DNA of 64,000 bases from Nitrospiraceae bacterium (GTDB taxonomy: Bacteria > Nitrospirota > Nitrospiria > Nitrospirales > Nitrospiraceae). Positions 1 to 10,115 of this stretch are shown here, piece by piece. The stretch lies in contig JBFWWG010000015.1 in assembly GCA_050246315.1 (NCBI GenBank), forward strand, positions 30,778 to 94,777. Direction: 5' to 3'. The notes under the pieces are model-generated. The model did not search any database. It worked only from the letters and a program-made list of their open reading frames with translations, and was not told the origin of the DNA. Positions within the stretch are counted from its first letter, which is position 1. Each line of letters opens with the position of its first letter. The translations under genes were made by a program, and so were the position numbers.

Positions 1-372
1 TTTGTGAAGCCGCTGGACGACGAGTTGCTCGCGGAGGTCGCGGGAAAGGCGCGCTGTCTGGTCACAGTGGAAGAGGGAGCCCGCATGGGCGGATTTGGCG
101 CCGCGGTGTTGGAGTCGTTATCGGAGCAGGGCATCGCCATTCCCACCAAATTGATCGGACTGCCCGATTGGTATATCGAACAGGGGCCGCAGGACCTGCT
201 TCGGGAAAAGTATGGTCTGACGGCGGAAGGCATTTACCAAACCGTAAAGGGATTTTTTGAGCAGATCTCCGCCGGAGCAGGTAAGGTCCGCAGTCGGAAT
301 GTTCGGCGAGAGACCTTCTCTCTACGGGGGGAGAGTCAGTATCACCCGGAAGGGGACGACCAGGGGAGCTGA
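1..372 (+). CDS. dxs: 1-deoxy-D-xylulose-5-phosphate synthase, C-terminal part (5'-truncated by window)
   Basis: FVKPLD...LVTVEEG...GGFGAAVLE...IGLPDWYIEQG transketolase C-terminal domain of DXS; directly upstream of ispG. Confidence 0.9.
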   Translation, partial: FVKPLDDELLAEVAGKARCLVTVEEGARMGGFGAAVLESLSEQGIAIPTKLIGLPDWYIEQGPQDLLREKYGLTAEGIYQTVKGFFEQISAGAGKVRSRNVRRETFSLRGESQYHPEGDDQGS

Positions 373-377
373 CCCGG

Positions 378-1592
378 ATGTTCATCCGTCGCCGAAAGAC
401 CAGGCAGATTGCGGTCGGAAGCGTCAAGATTGGCGGAGAGGCCGCGATCTCCGTCCAGTCCATGACGATTCCCCATCCGAGTGATGTCCGAGCCACGGTC
501 GAGCAGATTCACCAACTGGAACAGGCCGGCTGCGAGCTGGTCCGCGTGGCGGTTCCGGACATGGAAGCGGCGGCCGCTCTTCCGAAGATCAAATCGCAAA
601 TCCATATCCCGATCATCGCGGACATACATTTTGACTACCGGCTGGCGCTCAAGGCTGCGGAGGTGGTGGATTGCGTTCGGATCAACCCGGGCAACATCGG
701 AGCCTGGTGGAAGGTCACCGAGGTCGTGAAGGCCGTCAGTGATCGAAACATTCCACTTCGGATCGGCGTCAACGCCGGCTCGCTGGAGCGTCACCTGCTC
801 GACAAGTACGGATATCCCACCGCGGAAGCTCTGGCTGAGTCCGGGTTGAACGCCGTGCACGCACTGGAGGATGTCGGCTTCACGAATATGAAAGTGTCGC
901 TGAAGGCGTCGGATGTCCATATGGCGGTAGATGCCTATTGGATCTTCGCTCACCAATCTGATTACCCGTTGCACATCGGTATCACCGAGGCCGGGACCGT
1001 GTTGACCGGAGCGGTTAAATCATCCATCGGACTGGGGTGGCTGCTGATGAACGGTATCGGGGATACCTTGCGGGTTTCGCTCGCCGCCGATCCGGTTGAA
1101 GAAGTCCGCGTCGGGTTCGAGATCCTGAAGTCGCTGGAGCTTCGCCACCGCGGCATCAACGTGATTGCGTGCCCGACTTGCGGTCGGGTGGAGATCGACG
1201 TGGTGCGCATGGCCAATGAACTTGAAAAACGCCTGGGTCACATCAAGACCCCGCTGAATGTGTCGGTGCTCGGCTGCGTCGTCAACGGCATCGGCGAAGG
1301 CAAGGAGGCGGATATTGGCATTGCCGGAGGAGAAGGGGTGGGAATTCTCTTCAAAAAAGGCAAGCTGGATCGAAAAGTGCCCATGGCCGACCTGATGGAC
1401 ACCTTGATCGCGGAAGTCGAAATGATGGCCAAGGAAAAGGAATCGGAAGGGCAAGAGCAAAGGAATGACCAACTTGCTTCATCCGACGATTCCGGCCACG
1501 AAAGAAACCAAGCCTCGTGGCATCAGTCACTTGCCGCCTCGGAATCAAGCCCATCACCTCGCCGTGAAATTCCCGTGCTTCCATCGCGCTAA
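378..1592 (+). CDS. ispG: (E)-4-hydroxy-3-methylbut-2-enyl-diphosphate synthase
   Basis: VQSMT, ADIHF, RINPGN, RIGVNAGS, HIGITEAG, CPTCGR and GCVVNG motifs. Confidence 0.97.
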   Translation: MFIRRRKTRQIAVGSVKIGGEAAISVQSMTIPHPSDVRATVEQIHQLEQAGCELVRVAVPDMEAAAALPKIKSQIHIPIIADIHFDYRLALKAAEVVDCVRINPGNIGAWWKVTEVVKAVSDRNIPLRIGVNAGSLERHLLDKYGYPTAEALAESGLNAVHALEDVGFTNMKVSLKASDVHMAVDAYWIFAHQSDYPLHIGITEAGTVLTGAVKSSIGLGWLLMNGIGDTLRVSLAADPVEEVRVGFEILKSLELRHRGINVIACPTCGRVEIDVVRMANELEKRLGHIKTPLNVSVLGCVVNGIGEGKEADIGIAGGEGVGILFKKGKLDRKVPMADLMDTLIAEVEMMAKEKESEGQEQRNDQLASSDDSGHERNQASWHQSLAASESSPSPRREIPVLPSR

Positions 1593-1615
1593 TCCACTCC
1601 CGTCGCATCCAGCGA

Positions 1616-1644
1616 TTGAGTTCAACGATTTGCGCCCGTATAAT
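1616..1644 (+). promoter_or_regulatory. sigma70 promoter for tRNA-Cys
   Basis: TTGAGT-N17-TATAAT, 20 nt upstream of the tRNA. Confidence 0.75.
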
Positions 1645-1664
1645 ACACCGTTTTTTCTTCGTGG

Positions 1665-1740
1665 GGCGCCGTACCCAAGTGGCTAAGGGAGCAGTCTGCA
1701 AAACTGCGATGCAGCGGTTCGAACCCGCTCGGCGCCTCCA
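1665..1740 (+). tRNA. tRNA-Cys (GCA)
   Basis: GGCGCCG/CGGCGCC acceptor stem, GCAGT-CTGCAAA-ACTGC anticodon arm, GGTTCGAACCC T-arm, encoded CCA. Confidence 0.97.
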
Positions 1741-1981
1741 TACCACACTTCGTATAAACCGGCGGCTTATCGGTCGTAGCTCCTCCCAATTGACGCTGCT
1801 GAAGAAATCCACCGGTGGGTTTCGTGTCAAATCCGAACCGCATACGTTCCAGCGGCTCACCAGGCGTAGACTCTCTTCATTGCGCCGCCCGATAGACACG
1901 TTCAGTGGCTTAGTCTTCGATTGACCTGCCAGCTTCATCGCTGAATCGCAACGATTGCCGCCGCATAAAACCCTCCAGTGG
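1741..1981 (+). repeat. tRNA-linked degenerate ~90-nt tandem repeats
   Basis: Module CCRGCGGCTYA..CGTAG..ATTG at 1757 and 1847; same module at 21944 and 44299. Confidence 0.75.
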
Positions 1982-2420
1982 ATTGAATTCTTGCTTTGTG
2001 CGCACTCGCGGCCATCCAGGCAGAGCCTTGCACCATTTCTGCCCGCCTGGGAGGACACGATCCTGTTTATTTTCGTTGGGTGTAACGCCTATTTGACGTG
2101 ATCTCGCGGCCGCCGGTGGGAGGGTCTACAACCATGGTGCTGCGGAAGCCACAGCTCCAGAGGATCGAGGATTTGATCCTCGCTGCCGTCGATACGGCAG
2201 TTCTGCATTCCAGCCGACCCTTGCCCGATTCAAGTTCAAGCTGATGAAGTCGGTAATGCCGGACGATGCCCTGAGGCCGATCCCGCGATACCTGATCAGC
2301 GAACGACTGCTGACGAACTGGGATCTGGCTGATAGAGAATGAATAAGGGATTCGCGAGGAAGAACGGGCTTGCAAACAACCGACCGACCTACATGCGGGC
2401 CTAGCTTGCAGAACTATCCT

Positions 2421-2570
2421 CTACCGACTATCGAGGCGCTCATTCCACTTTGCCGGCCGCATCATGGTGGACAATGCCGCAAGGCCACAGATGAGCGCCA
2501 ACATGGCAAAACACAGGAAGAGGATCAGGACACCCTTCAGATCATGGGGAGAAAAGATTCCGGTCGCCAT
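2421..2570 (-). CDS. small single-TM membrane protein (49 aa)
   Basis: GGAGG RBS 5 nt before ATG at 2570; hydrophobic stretch VLILFLCFAMLALICGLAAL. Confidence 0.55.
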   Translation of the reverse strand: MATGIFSPHDLKGVLILFLCFAMLALICGLAALSTMMRPAKWNERLDSR

Positions 2571-2979
2571 ATCAACCTCCACTGATAGTGTACCACGATT
2601 GGCTCCCTTTCCACCCACAATCACACTTCCAGGGCGATTGCGGATCGGGTTTTCGAAGGAAGTGGCAACAGGCGGGGCAATGTCTCGTCCATACCCGCGA
2701 TCTCGTATCGTTGGTCTGCTGTGCATGCGGTAACGATCCGGGTGTAAGCATGGTTTCCTCCTCATGCTGAAAGGTGAGGTGAGGTATGGGAACCGCGTGA
2801 TAGTCACTTTAACGTTGAAGGCGGTGGAGGACCATGGTGCTTCCGAGGGGAATGGCACGACGTATCGAGTTGCAGGACTTCGTTAAGGGGTGTATGGGTA
2901 CAAAATGACCTGCTCGAAAGGGCCTAATTTCTCTACATTTTGCGTGTTCAGTCTTGTACGAGAGCGTTTCCCCAAACTC

Positions 2980-3253
2980 TGTGGATAAACTTGTGTACAA
3001 GTCACAAAACAAAGGTGTTCTCGCAGCAGAACACGCGGCAATGAGCGACTTGCCCATTTTTTGGGCATTGCGATGCAGCTCTATAGGACCGCAACATATT
3101 GTGGGTTGACTTTGTTTTCTGACCTTCTTCACACAATCTCCTGTTAAGACGAGGTAACAACCCACCTGGCTCTAAAGCCGCTTCCAGTGCGAGTTTTCTG
3201 ACCGCTGCAACCACGATGAGTTATGCACAGATTTCGATTTTCCCTGTGAACAG
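2980..3253. promoter_or_regulatory. DnaA-box-like cluster
   Basis: TGTGGATAA 2980-2988 (perfect), TGTGTACAA 2992-3000, TTATGCACA 3221-3229, TGTGAACAG 3245-3253 in lower-GC non-coding DNA. Confidence 0.45.
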
Positions 3254-3567
3254 AAGCTGTTCCGAAATGGGCTTCGAGGACAAAATCGGAGTCTGGTGTA
3301 AGCCTCGATTTCGAAAGAGGAGGAGCTAGGGACTGTCCGACATTGACCTTATCTACCGCATCTACCGCGGCGAACAAGCTTGCGGCCATCCGCGTCGTTC
3401 TCGGCCGAGAGCACTCCGGGGCACCCATTGCTCCGGGACTGCAATGGGTTCTGATTCCAGGTTTACGGATCCGGTTTTTCCGGTCCTGCGGCCTCGTATC
3501 TGATCACACCTCCTCCGCCTGGTCACGAACAGCAATGTTGGACAGGCTCCCGGATTCTTTCAGCACT

Positions 3568-4979
3568 GGCTCTTCAGACTTTCGTGTAGGTTGGATAGAG
3601 ATCCAACCCTCCACAATGGAAGTAGATCGCGATCTTGAAGTGCTCGACATGGCCGAAGCTATGCGCGGTGTTCTTGACCCATTAGAGCGTGGCGTTGACC
3701 GCTTCGAGGCCGGCGTTGGTAATCTCATGCTGCAATTAGGGAAGGTCTGATCAATTCAAAATCCTAGGCCGCGATCCGCCAGATTTCCCGTCTTTTGTAC
3801 ACCTACCAATCGAAATTGGGAATTATTCAGACCTTCCTTAGGTCAGCACGTTCGGGAGATGCCACCGGATCAACTTGGCCACCGCGGCCATTGGCCGCAG
3901 CCGGCTGTGTATGGCCCGCCAGAACCAGCAGGAGAAGCACTTCCGGCAACACCACAGTAGGTGTAGTCTCAGAACTGCCGGAAGCGCTCCTTGAGAGCCC
4001 AGGTCCGTGCCGCCTTGAGGTCCGTCTACTGCACTGTGCGGAATGGGACGCCCCGCTCGGGCCGCCATGTCCGTGGGACGCATGAGCCAGAGGCACTGGG
4101 TTCCTGTCGGGCAGTCCTCGCCCGCCTGCTTCAAGGTCCGATGCTCCGTGCGGCGGATCCGGTCGACGGCCGCATATAGATGTTTGGCCACATGGAACTT
4201 ATCGAAGACGATTTTGGCGACGGCCACCTCGATGTGGGCCTGAGTCGACTGGATAGAGGGCTCCCACATGTCTATGTCAATCGCCTCGATCCCTTCCCGC
4301 TGGGCGGGCGTCAGCGTGGCCCAGAACCCATCCAGACTCGCTTGCTTCCGGTCGTCTGCCAGATAGAGGACGCGACTGCTCGATCGGCGACGACGGCGAG
4401 GTGCCGATGCCCCTTCACAATGGCTTTCCTATCGACGCCGTGGTGTGGGACGCCCTTCCGGGTGCGACGGCTCAGCCCCTGCGCGACGTCCCGCGTTTTG
4501 ATGCCCCGGGCTTCGTCCCACATGATGCGCAGCAGCCCCGCGGCGCCCTTCACCGCGCATTCCCGGAGCAAGTCTATGGCCAGCCGCTCGAACCACACGG
4601 TGAACTGACTGCCCGGCTCCGCCCAGGGCACCGCGATCTGCTTGACTCCGTGGATCGGACAGCTCACGCGGAGGAGGTCTGCCTGAATCCGCGTCGTAAA
4701 CTGACCGGTATCCAGATGCCGCCACTTTCGGTGCTTGCGATCATAGCCCGAGACCGGCTCCTGACACTCCGGGCAGGGATGGAGCCCTGCTCCAGCCTCG
4801 ACGGTTACGGTCACCTGCTACCCTGTCACATCCAGCTCCACGTTGACTACGGTCCAGGGGGAGTTGAGCCCCAGCACCGCTTGATACAGTTCGAAGTCGC
4901 GCATCGATCGAGTCCTTCTTGCGAAGGTCCGAGCATAGCGCAAGCGAAGTCAGTGCCCCACACGATTTCCCGATGAGCC
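3568..4979 (-). mobile_element. ISL3-family IS with frameshifted transposase pseudogene
   Basis: Fragments CPEC..YDRKHRKWRHLD, VPWAEPGSQFT, IVFDKFHVAK, ITNAGLEAVN..FKIAIYFHCGGLDLYP; imperfect IRs GGCTCTTCAGACTTTCGTGT / GGCTCATCGGGAAATCGTGT. Confidence 0.9.
3740..3837. mobile_element. 98-bp IS5-like MITE nested in the ISL3
   Basis: TIRs GGAAGGTCTGATCAATTC / GAATTATTCAGACCTTCC; TTAG duplicated at 3736-3739 and 3838-3841. Confidence 0.85.
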
Positions 4980-5135
4980 TCATTATTGCCACGCATGCGC
5001 GACGCGTTTCGTAGCACACCCGCAGTCTAAATTGACGCACTAGAAAGGCCGATGGTAAGATGCGAACGGTTAGTCCACATACTTGGCCTGGTTCTAGGCC
5101 GACATCCGTCAAGACCGGTGAGGAAGGAGAAAGGG

Positions 5136-6218
5136 ATGGCTGTACCGCTTTCCCAAGCCTATACAGTTGCGAAGTACGTGCTCACCCAGAAGGCCAAGGG
5201 AATGAAGCGCTATCCCCTGGTGCTGATGTTGGAGCCGCTGTTTCGATGCAACCTGGCCTGTGCCGGGTGCGGCAAGATCCAGTATCCGGACCACGTCTTG
5301 GATATGCGCCTGACCCCTCAGCAATGCTGGGCGGCGGCGGAGGAGTGCGGTGCACCAATGGTCAGCATTCCGGGAGGGGAGCCGCTGATTCATCCCGAGA
5401 TGGCCGAAATCGTCCAAGGGTTGGTCGAACAACAGCGATATGTCTACCTATGTACCAACGCCTTGCTGCTGGAGCGGAAGCTGAACGACTATACACCCAG
5501 CAAGTATCTCACGTTCAGTATCCACATGGATGGTCTTAAAGAGGAACATGACCATGCGGTCTGCCGGGATGGTGTCTATGATGTCGCGGTACGGGCCATC
5601 CGGGCCGCCTTGAAGCGCGGTTTCCGGGTGACCTCCAATACCACCCTGTTCGATGATGCCAACCCGGAGCGGGTTCGGGCATTCTTCGATGAAATGATGG
5701 CGTTGGGCGTCGAGGGGATGATGATTTCTCCGGGGTACAGTTATCAAAAGGCTCCTGACCAACAGCACTTTCTGAAGCGGCAACGGACGCAGGAACTCTT
5801 CGGAGAGCTGCTGCGGGACCGAAAACGCTCCTGGCGCTTCAATCAATCGCCCTTGTTCCTGGAATTTTTAATGGGGCAAGTCGAGTACCAGTGTACGCCT
5901 TGGGGGAATCCCACCTACAACGTGTTCGGCTGGCAGCGGCCCTGCTATTTGCTCCAAGACGGGTATGTGAAGACGTTCCGCGAGCTGATGGACGGCACCG
6001 ACTGGGACCGATACGGAACGGGACGGAATGAGAAGTGCGCCGACTGCATGGTTCACTGCGGGTATGAAGCTTCCGCCGTGAACGACACCTTCGGGTCGTG
6101 GACCGGTCTGGCGCGAACCGTTCGTGCGATCGTCGTGCCGAACCGAAACGGTTCAGGCCCCTCGCTCCTTCAGCCTCGACGGCCTCGGCATGACGGACAC
6201 GAAGTATCACGAGCCTGA
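5136..6218 (+). CDS. hpnH: adenosyl-hopene transferase, radical SAM
   Basis: YPLVLMLEPLFRCNLACAGCGKI, CTPWGNPT, CADCMVHCGYE. Confidence 0.95.
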   Translation: MAVPLSQAYTVAKYVLTQKAKGMKRYPLVLMLEPLFRCNLACAGCGKIQYPDHVLDMRLTPQQCWAAAEECGAPMVSIPGGEPLIHPEMAEIVQGLVEQQRYVYLCTNALLLERKLNDYTPSKYLTFSIHMDGLKEEHDHAVCRDGVYDVAVRAIRAALKRGFRVTSNTTLFDDANPERVRAFFDEMMALGVEGMMISPGYSYQKAPDQQHFLKRQRTQELFGELLRDRKRSWRFNQSPLFLEFLMGQVEYQCTPWGNPTYNVFGWQRPCYLLQDGYVKTFRELMDGTDWDRYGTGRNEKCADCMVHCGYEASAVNDTFGSWTGLARTVRAIVVPNRNGSGPSLLQPRRPRHDGHEVSRA

Positions 6219-6597
6219 GCAGACGTCGTCGCAGACCCGGCGATTCAAGCCGACTACGGCGGAGGAACTGGCCGAGGCGATTGAATTGGCCTTCGACTAT
6301 CGCGGCGATGTGAGGCTTTGGCTTCATGGCGGCGAAACGGTCGAGGGGTATCTTTTTAACAGAGTGCACGTCGGAACCGATTCCGGAGCCTCCTACGTCG
6401 AGATCTTTCCGGTCGAACGAGGAGTGCAGTGTCCTGCCCGAACGATTCTCTGCAATCAGATCGAAGAGATCGAGTTGAGCGGGGAAGATACGGCCAACGG
6501 CAAATCCTGGGAAGCCTGGGCCGCCAAGAAGGAAGCCCAGCGACAGGTGGATGCCGCTCGACTGGAAGAGGAGGCCAGGGCGAGGGGGCACCTCTAG
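6190..6597 (+). CDS. hypothetical protein, possible Sm/Hfq-like fold
   Basis: Overlaps the hpnH stop; helix followed by VRLWLHGGETVEGYLFN. Confidence 0.7.
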   Translation: MTDTKYHEPEQTSSQTRRFKPTTAEELAEAIELAFDYRGDVRLWLHGGETVEGYLFNRVHVGTDSGASYVEIFPVERGVQCPARTILCNQIEEIELSGEDTANGKSWEAWAAKKEAQRQVDAARLEEEARARGHL

Positions 6598-6956
6598 GCC
6601 GCGTTCCTGCTGCGACGAGATTCATCGTTGCGCTCGTCTGACCCATCCAAAGCTTCCGCCAGTTGTTCCTTTTGGTTCTGACTCCCATCCGACATTGCTG
6701 ACCTCTCTGCGATCAGCCGGCGCGGTTTTCGATCGTCCGTTTGATGCGGACCGTCTCTCATTGCGCGTGCCGGTGTTGCTTTGAGGTGTGATCCTCCCGC
6801 CACGAAAAACATTTCGTGTTGGTACCGCGCTCGTGTTTTCAGAATTTCCTGTGGCGAAGCGGATCAAGAGGCCATTGGCACCGGTGTTTCTGTTGACAAT
6901 AAGTGGTGCCTGTGTTAAATGTCTCGCCCTCTAAGGGGCCGGCACCTGGCATCGCG

Positions 6957-7535
6957 ATGATGTTTCAAGTTCGCTCTCTGCCGCTCTGGAAGCGGGATTC
7001 TGCAAGCGCGCTTTCCATGGTCGTGCGGCAGGTTTTGGGAGCAGCAGGTGTTCTCATCGTGATGGAGGTTGGATGGACGCCGGTTGTGACGGCCACGCAC
7101 GAAGCCGATCACCGGTTTACCGTCGAAGGTTTTGTCTGCGGGGACGACGGGCGTCCGATCGGGAAGAGCGAGGTGGTCGTCAAGGACCCTCGCATCTCTC
7201 TCGGGCAGGCGGTCGAAACAGACGAACGAGGGTATTACAAGTCGACGCTGCACCTTCACAACGACAATCTGGGCGACGTCCTTGTCATTCAAGCGAGTGG
7301 AGAGGAGCAGCGGACGAAAGTTCAATTCGATCCGAAAGATCTGGAATCCGAACGGAAGGTTCGCGTCGATTTTGGGTCTGGATGTCAAAGCACGGAGGAC
7401 GGGCTGCCGCAGTGGGTCTACGTGACTGTGGCCGGCAGTCTGGTTGGGGTCGCGGCATTGACCGGAATTCGAGTCATGCGAGGCACGCGGCGCGCACAGT
7501 CGAATCGGAACCGACAGAAGAAGCCGCGACGATAA
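6957..7535 (+). CDS. exported protein with C-terminal TM anchor (start uncertain)
   Basis: Signal-like N-terminus, beta-rich THEADHRFTVEG domain, TM helix and basic tail. Confidence 0.7.
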   Translation: MMFQVRSLPLWKRDSASALSMVVRQVLGAAGVLIVMEVGWTPVVTATHEADHRFTVEGFVCGDDGRPIGKSEVVVKDPRISLGQAVETDERGYYKSTLHLHNDNLGDVLVIQASGEEQRTKVQFDPKDLESERKVRVDFGSGCQSTEDGLPQWVYVTVAGSLVGVAALTGIRVMRGTRRAQSNRNRQKKPRR

Positions 7536-7814
7536 GTTCAATAAACAGATGCTGGTCCGCGGGTCGTCAGAGTGTCCTTGCCGGATCGGTTTATGAAGCT
7601 AGGTGAGGATGGGTGAGCGAGTGACCCTCGGCCGGTTTCACAGGAAATAGCGCTTTTGCTTGTGCCGACGTGGTCGACCCGGGCGGAAGCGTTTTTTCAT
7701 GTCCGGATGAAGGGCCGGGGCTGATTCCTTAGGATCCACAATCTGCTATCGAAGTCTTTATACTCCTGTGGCAGTGGCACGGCCCACAGGACAGAAAGGA
7801 GTGAACAAGTCACT

Positions 7815-8318
7815 ATGAGACAAGCACGCTGGGCCAGGATGACGTGGGCATTTGGAGTCGCGGGCATGGGGATCGCGCTCGCCGCTTGTGGAGGAGAAGG
7901 AGGAGAGGGTCCGATTGTCCCGCCGCCACCCGCGCCGGCCGAGTATGCGGATAAGCATATGCCCGAAGGATGGTGGACCGACCCCAAGATTGTGGAAGAG
8001 GGCAAAGAGATCTACATCGGCGCCAAGAATCCGGATGTGAATTGTTCCAGTTGTCATGGAAAAGACGGCAAGCCGGTGAAGGCCGGAGCCAGAGATTTCC
8101 GTGTCGGGGAGCGGATGAAGCTCTACTCCGACGCGGTCTGGTTCTGGCGCATTTCGGAAGGGGTGCCCAATACCAAGATGAAGGCCTGGAAGAGCAAGCT
8201 CTCGGAAGAGGATCGCTGGAAACTCGTCGCCTTCGAGCGCACGTTCGGCCTGGCTGGTAAGAGCTGGGACACCAAGACGAATGCATGGGTCTCAGCCGGG
8301 CAGGTAGCAAGCAAGTAG
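7815..8318 (+). CDS. monoheme cytochrome c lipoprotein
   Basis: Lipobox LAAC; CSSCH. Confidence 0.9.
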   Translation: MRQARWARMTWAFGVAGMGIALAACGGEGGEGPIVPPPPAPAEYADKHMPEGWWTDPKIVEEGKEIYIGAKNPDVNCSSCHGKDGKPVKAGARDFRVGERMKLYSDAVWFWRISEGVPNTKMKAWKSKLSEEDRWKLVAFERTFGLAGKSWDTKTNAWVSAGQVASK

Positions 8319-8357
8319 ACATTTCCCAACAGACGAGTGGAGGGGCGACGAGACATC

Positions 8358-10061
8358 ATGAAAGGCTGGCACCGAAATCTGCTGATCGCGATCGGTCTGC
8401 TGACGGTCTGGGGCTCGGCGGCGTATGCCCAAGTGCCTAATCCCCCGGCTGCGGAGTTTCCATACACGGGAAACCGAACGGCGGTGTGGATCGTCGCCCA
8501 ACTGCACATTCTCTTCGCCGCCTTCATCCTGGGGGCGCCGATTTTCGTGGTGATCTCCGAGTGGTTGGGGTACCGAAAGCAGGATCCCCGGTATGACCGG
8601 CTGGCCAAGGAGGTGACGAAGGTCACCGTGATTCTGTACAGCATGACCGCGCTCACGGGCGGCCTCTTCATTTTTGTTCTGCTGGCGACCTATCCTCAGT
8701 TCACCACCTGGCTCATCAATCACTTCTTCCTCATCTTTGCGGTGATCTATCCGCTACTCTTCATCAGCGAAACGATCGTCCTCTATCTCTACTTCTACAC
8801 ATGGGATGCGATGAAGGGTGACAAGAAAGCCCGACACATCGCCTTGGGGGTGCTGTTGAATCTGATCGGAGCAGTGACGCTCTTCGTCATCGACGGCCCG
8901 ACCGCCTTTATGAACACGCCGGCCAAGGCGGAGGGCGCCTCCATTGTCGAGTTCATCCAAAACGCCACGTTGTGGGATAAGGTCTACAACTACAGTTGGA
9001 TGCCGATGAACCTCCACCGTCTGGTTGGCAACGTGACCTTCGGTGGGTTTATCGCCGGCCTCATCGCAGCGTATCAATTCTTGGGGTCGAAGAAGGAAGA
9101 GGATCGAGCCTATTACGATTGGATGGGATTTGTTGGGAATCTGATCGGCGTGGGGGCGCTGCTGTTCCTTCCGTTCATGGGGTACTTGTTGGCGTATGAA
9201 CTCTGCGACTACGACGCCTCCATTTGCCCCTACATGATGGCCGATCAACTCTCGATGTTTTTCGAGATGCAGGGAGCCATGGTCGGGCTGATTTTCTTGG
9301 CGAGCAACTATTACATCTGGCTGAGCATGAAGCGCATCGAGGGGGTCGAGCGCGTGCGGATGTCGCTGTTCACACTGATCGCGATGATCGCCACGCCGTT
9401 CGTCATGACTTGGGCGTGGACGGTCTATCCCGCTCCCGACCCGACTTCTCTGGCGTTTCTAGCCCCGCTGGTGCTGCTCCCGGCCATCCTGGGAAAGTTC
9501 ATCCCGATGACTGTGTCCTCGCGGACATTTATCAAGTTGGGCTTCCTGATGATCGTCGTCGGCAACGCCATCTGGATGACGCCGCATGGGTTCGTTCCAA
9601 CGGGCGCCAAGTTGGTGGCGGAATTGGAACTCCCATCGGAATGGAATTTTCTCGCCCTGATGCCGGCGAAGAATGCGGCCGCCTTCACGCTGGTATTCGT
9701 GACGGTGCTCAATTACATCATGTACAACCGGGCAATCCGGCAGGGGACGATCGTATGGGGCAAGATTGATTTCGCCTCGCAGTTCGTCTTGATCTTCCTG
9801 GCCTTCAGTGCGATTTGGACTATGGGGCTCATGGGGGCCGTACGCTCGCTGCTCCGAAAATATTTCCACACCTACAATCTGGTGCCCGACTTCACTCCGG
9901 AGTCCTTTACTCCGACGCTGGCCTATTCCGCCTGGTGGATTACGGCGATCACACTCATATTCTACATCGTTGTCAGTTTCGCCATCATCGTGACCCTGCG
10001 GGCCTCCGAAGCCAAAGGCCATGCACACGAGGCCAAACCGGTTCCGGCAGGAGCAAAATAA
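8358..10061 (+). CDS. cytochrome bd-like oxidase subunit I homolog (copy 1)
   Basis: AQLHILFAAFILG, LHRLVGN, multiple TM helices, WTMGLMGAVRS. Confidence 0.85.
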   Translation: MKGWHRNLLIAIGLLTVWGSAAYAQVPNPPAAEFPYTGNRTAVWIVAQLHILFAAFILGAPIFVVISEWLGYRKQDPRYDRLAKEVTKVTVILYSMTALTGGLFIFVLLATYPQFTTWLINHFFLIFAVIYPLLFISETIVLYLYFYTWDAMKGDKKARHIALGVLLNLIGAVTLFVIDGPTAFMNTPAKAEGASIVEFIQNATLWDKVYNYSWMPMNLHRLVGNVTFGGFIAGLIAAYQFLGSKKEEDRAYYDWMGFVGNLIGVGALLFLPFMGYLLAYELCDYDASICPYMMADQLSMFFEMQGAMVGLIFLASNYYIWLSMKRIEGVERVRMSLFTLIAMIATPFVMTWAWTVYPAPDPTSLAFLAPLVLLPAILGKFIPMTVSSRTFIKLGFLMIVVGNAIWMTPHGFVPTGAKLVAELELPSEWNFLALMPAKNAAAFTLVFVTVLNYIMYNRAIRQGTIVWGKIDFASQFVLIFLAFSAIWTMGLMGAVRSLLRKYFHTYNLVPDFTPESFTPTLAYSAWWITAITLIFYIVVSFAIIVTLRASEAKGHAHEAKPVPAGAK

Positions 10062-10115
10062 GCCTCGGGCCATCTTGCGAGCGGAGTTTCGGAATTACAG
10101 GGAAGGAGACCGAAC

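Noticed and set aside
2134..2244. 36-aa ORF after a GGAGG
   Set aside because: Too short, with no supporting motif
5136..6218. Radical SAM genes as RiPP maturases for the repeat peptide
   Set aside because: Both are recognisable hopanoid enzymes (HpnH, HpnR) and lie far from the peptide gene
6877..6920. Sigma54 or sigma70 promoter before the 6957 gene
   Set aside because: The -12 reads TTTCT and the -10 is poor; ambiguous
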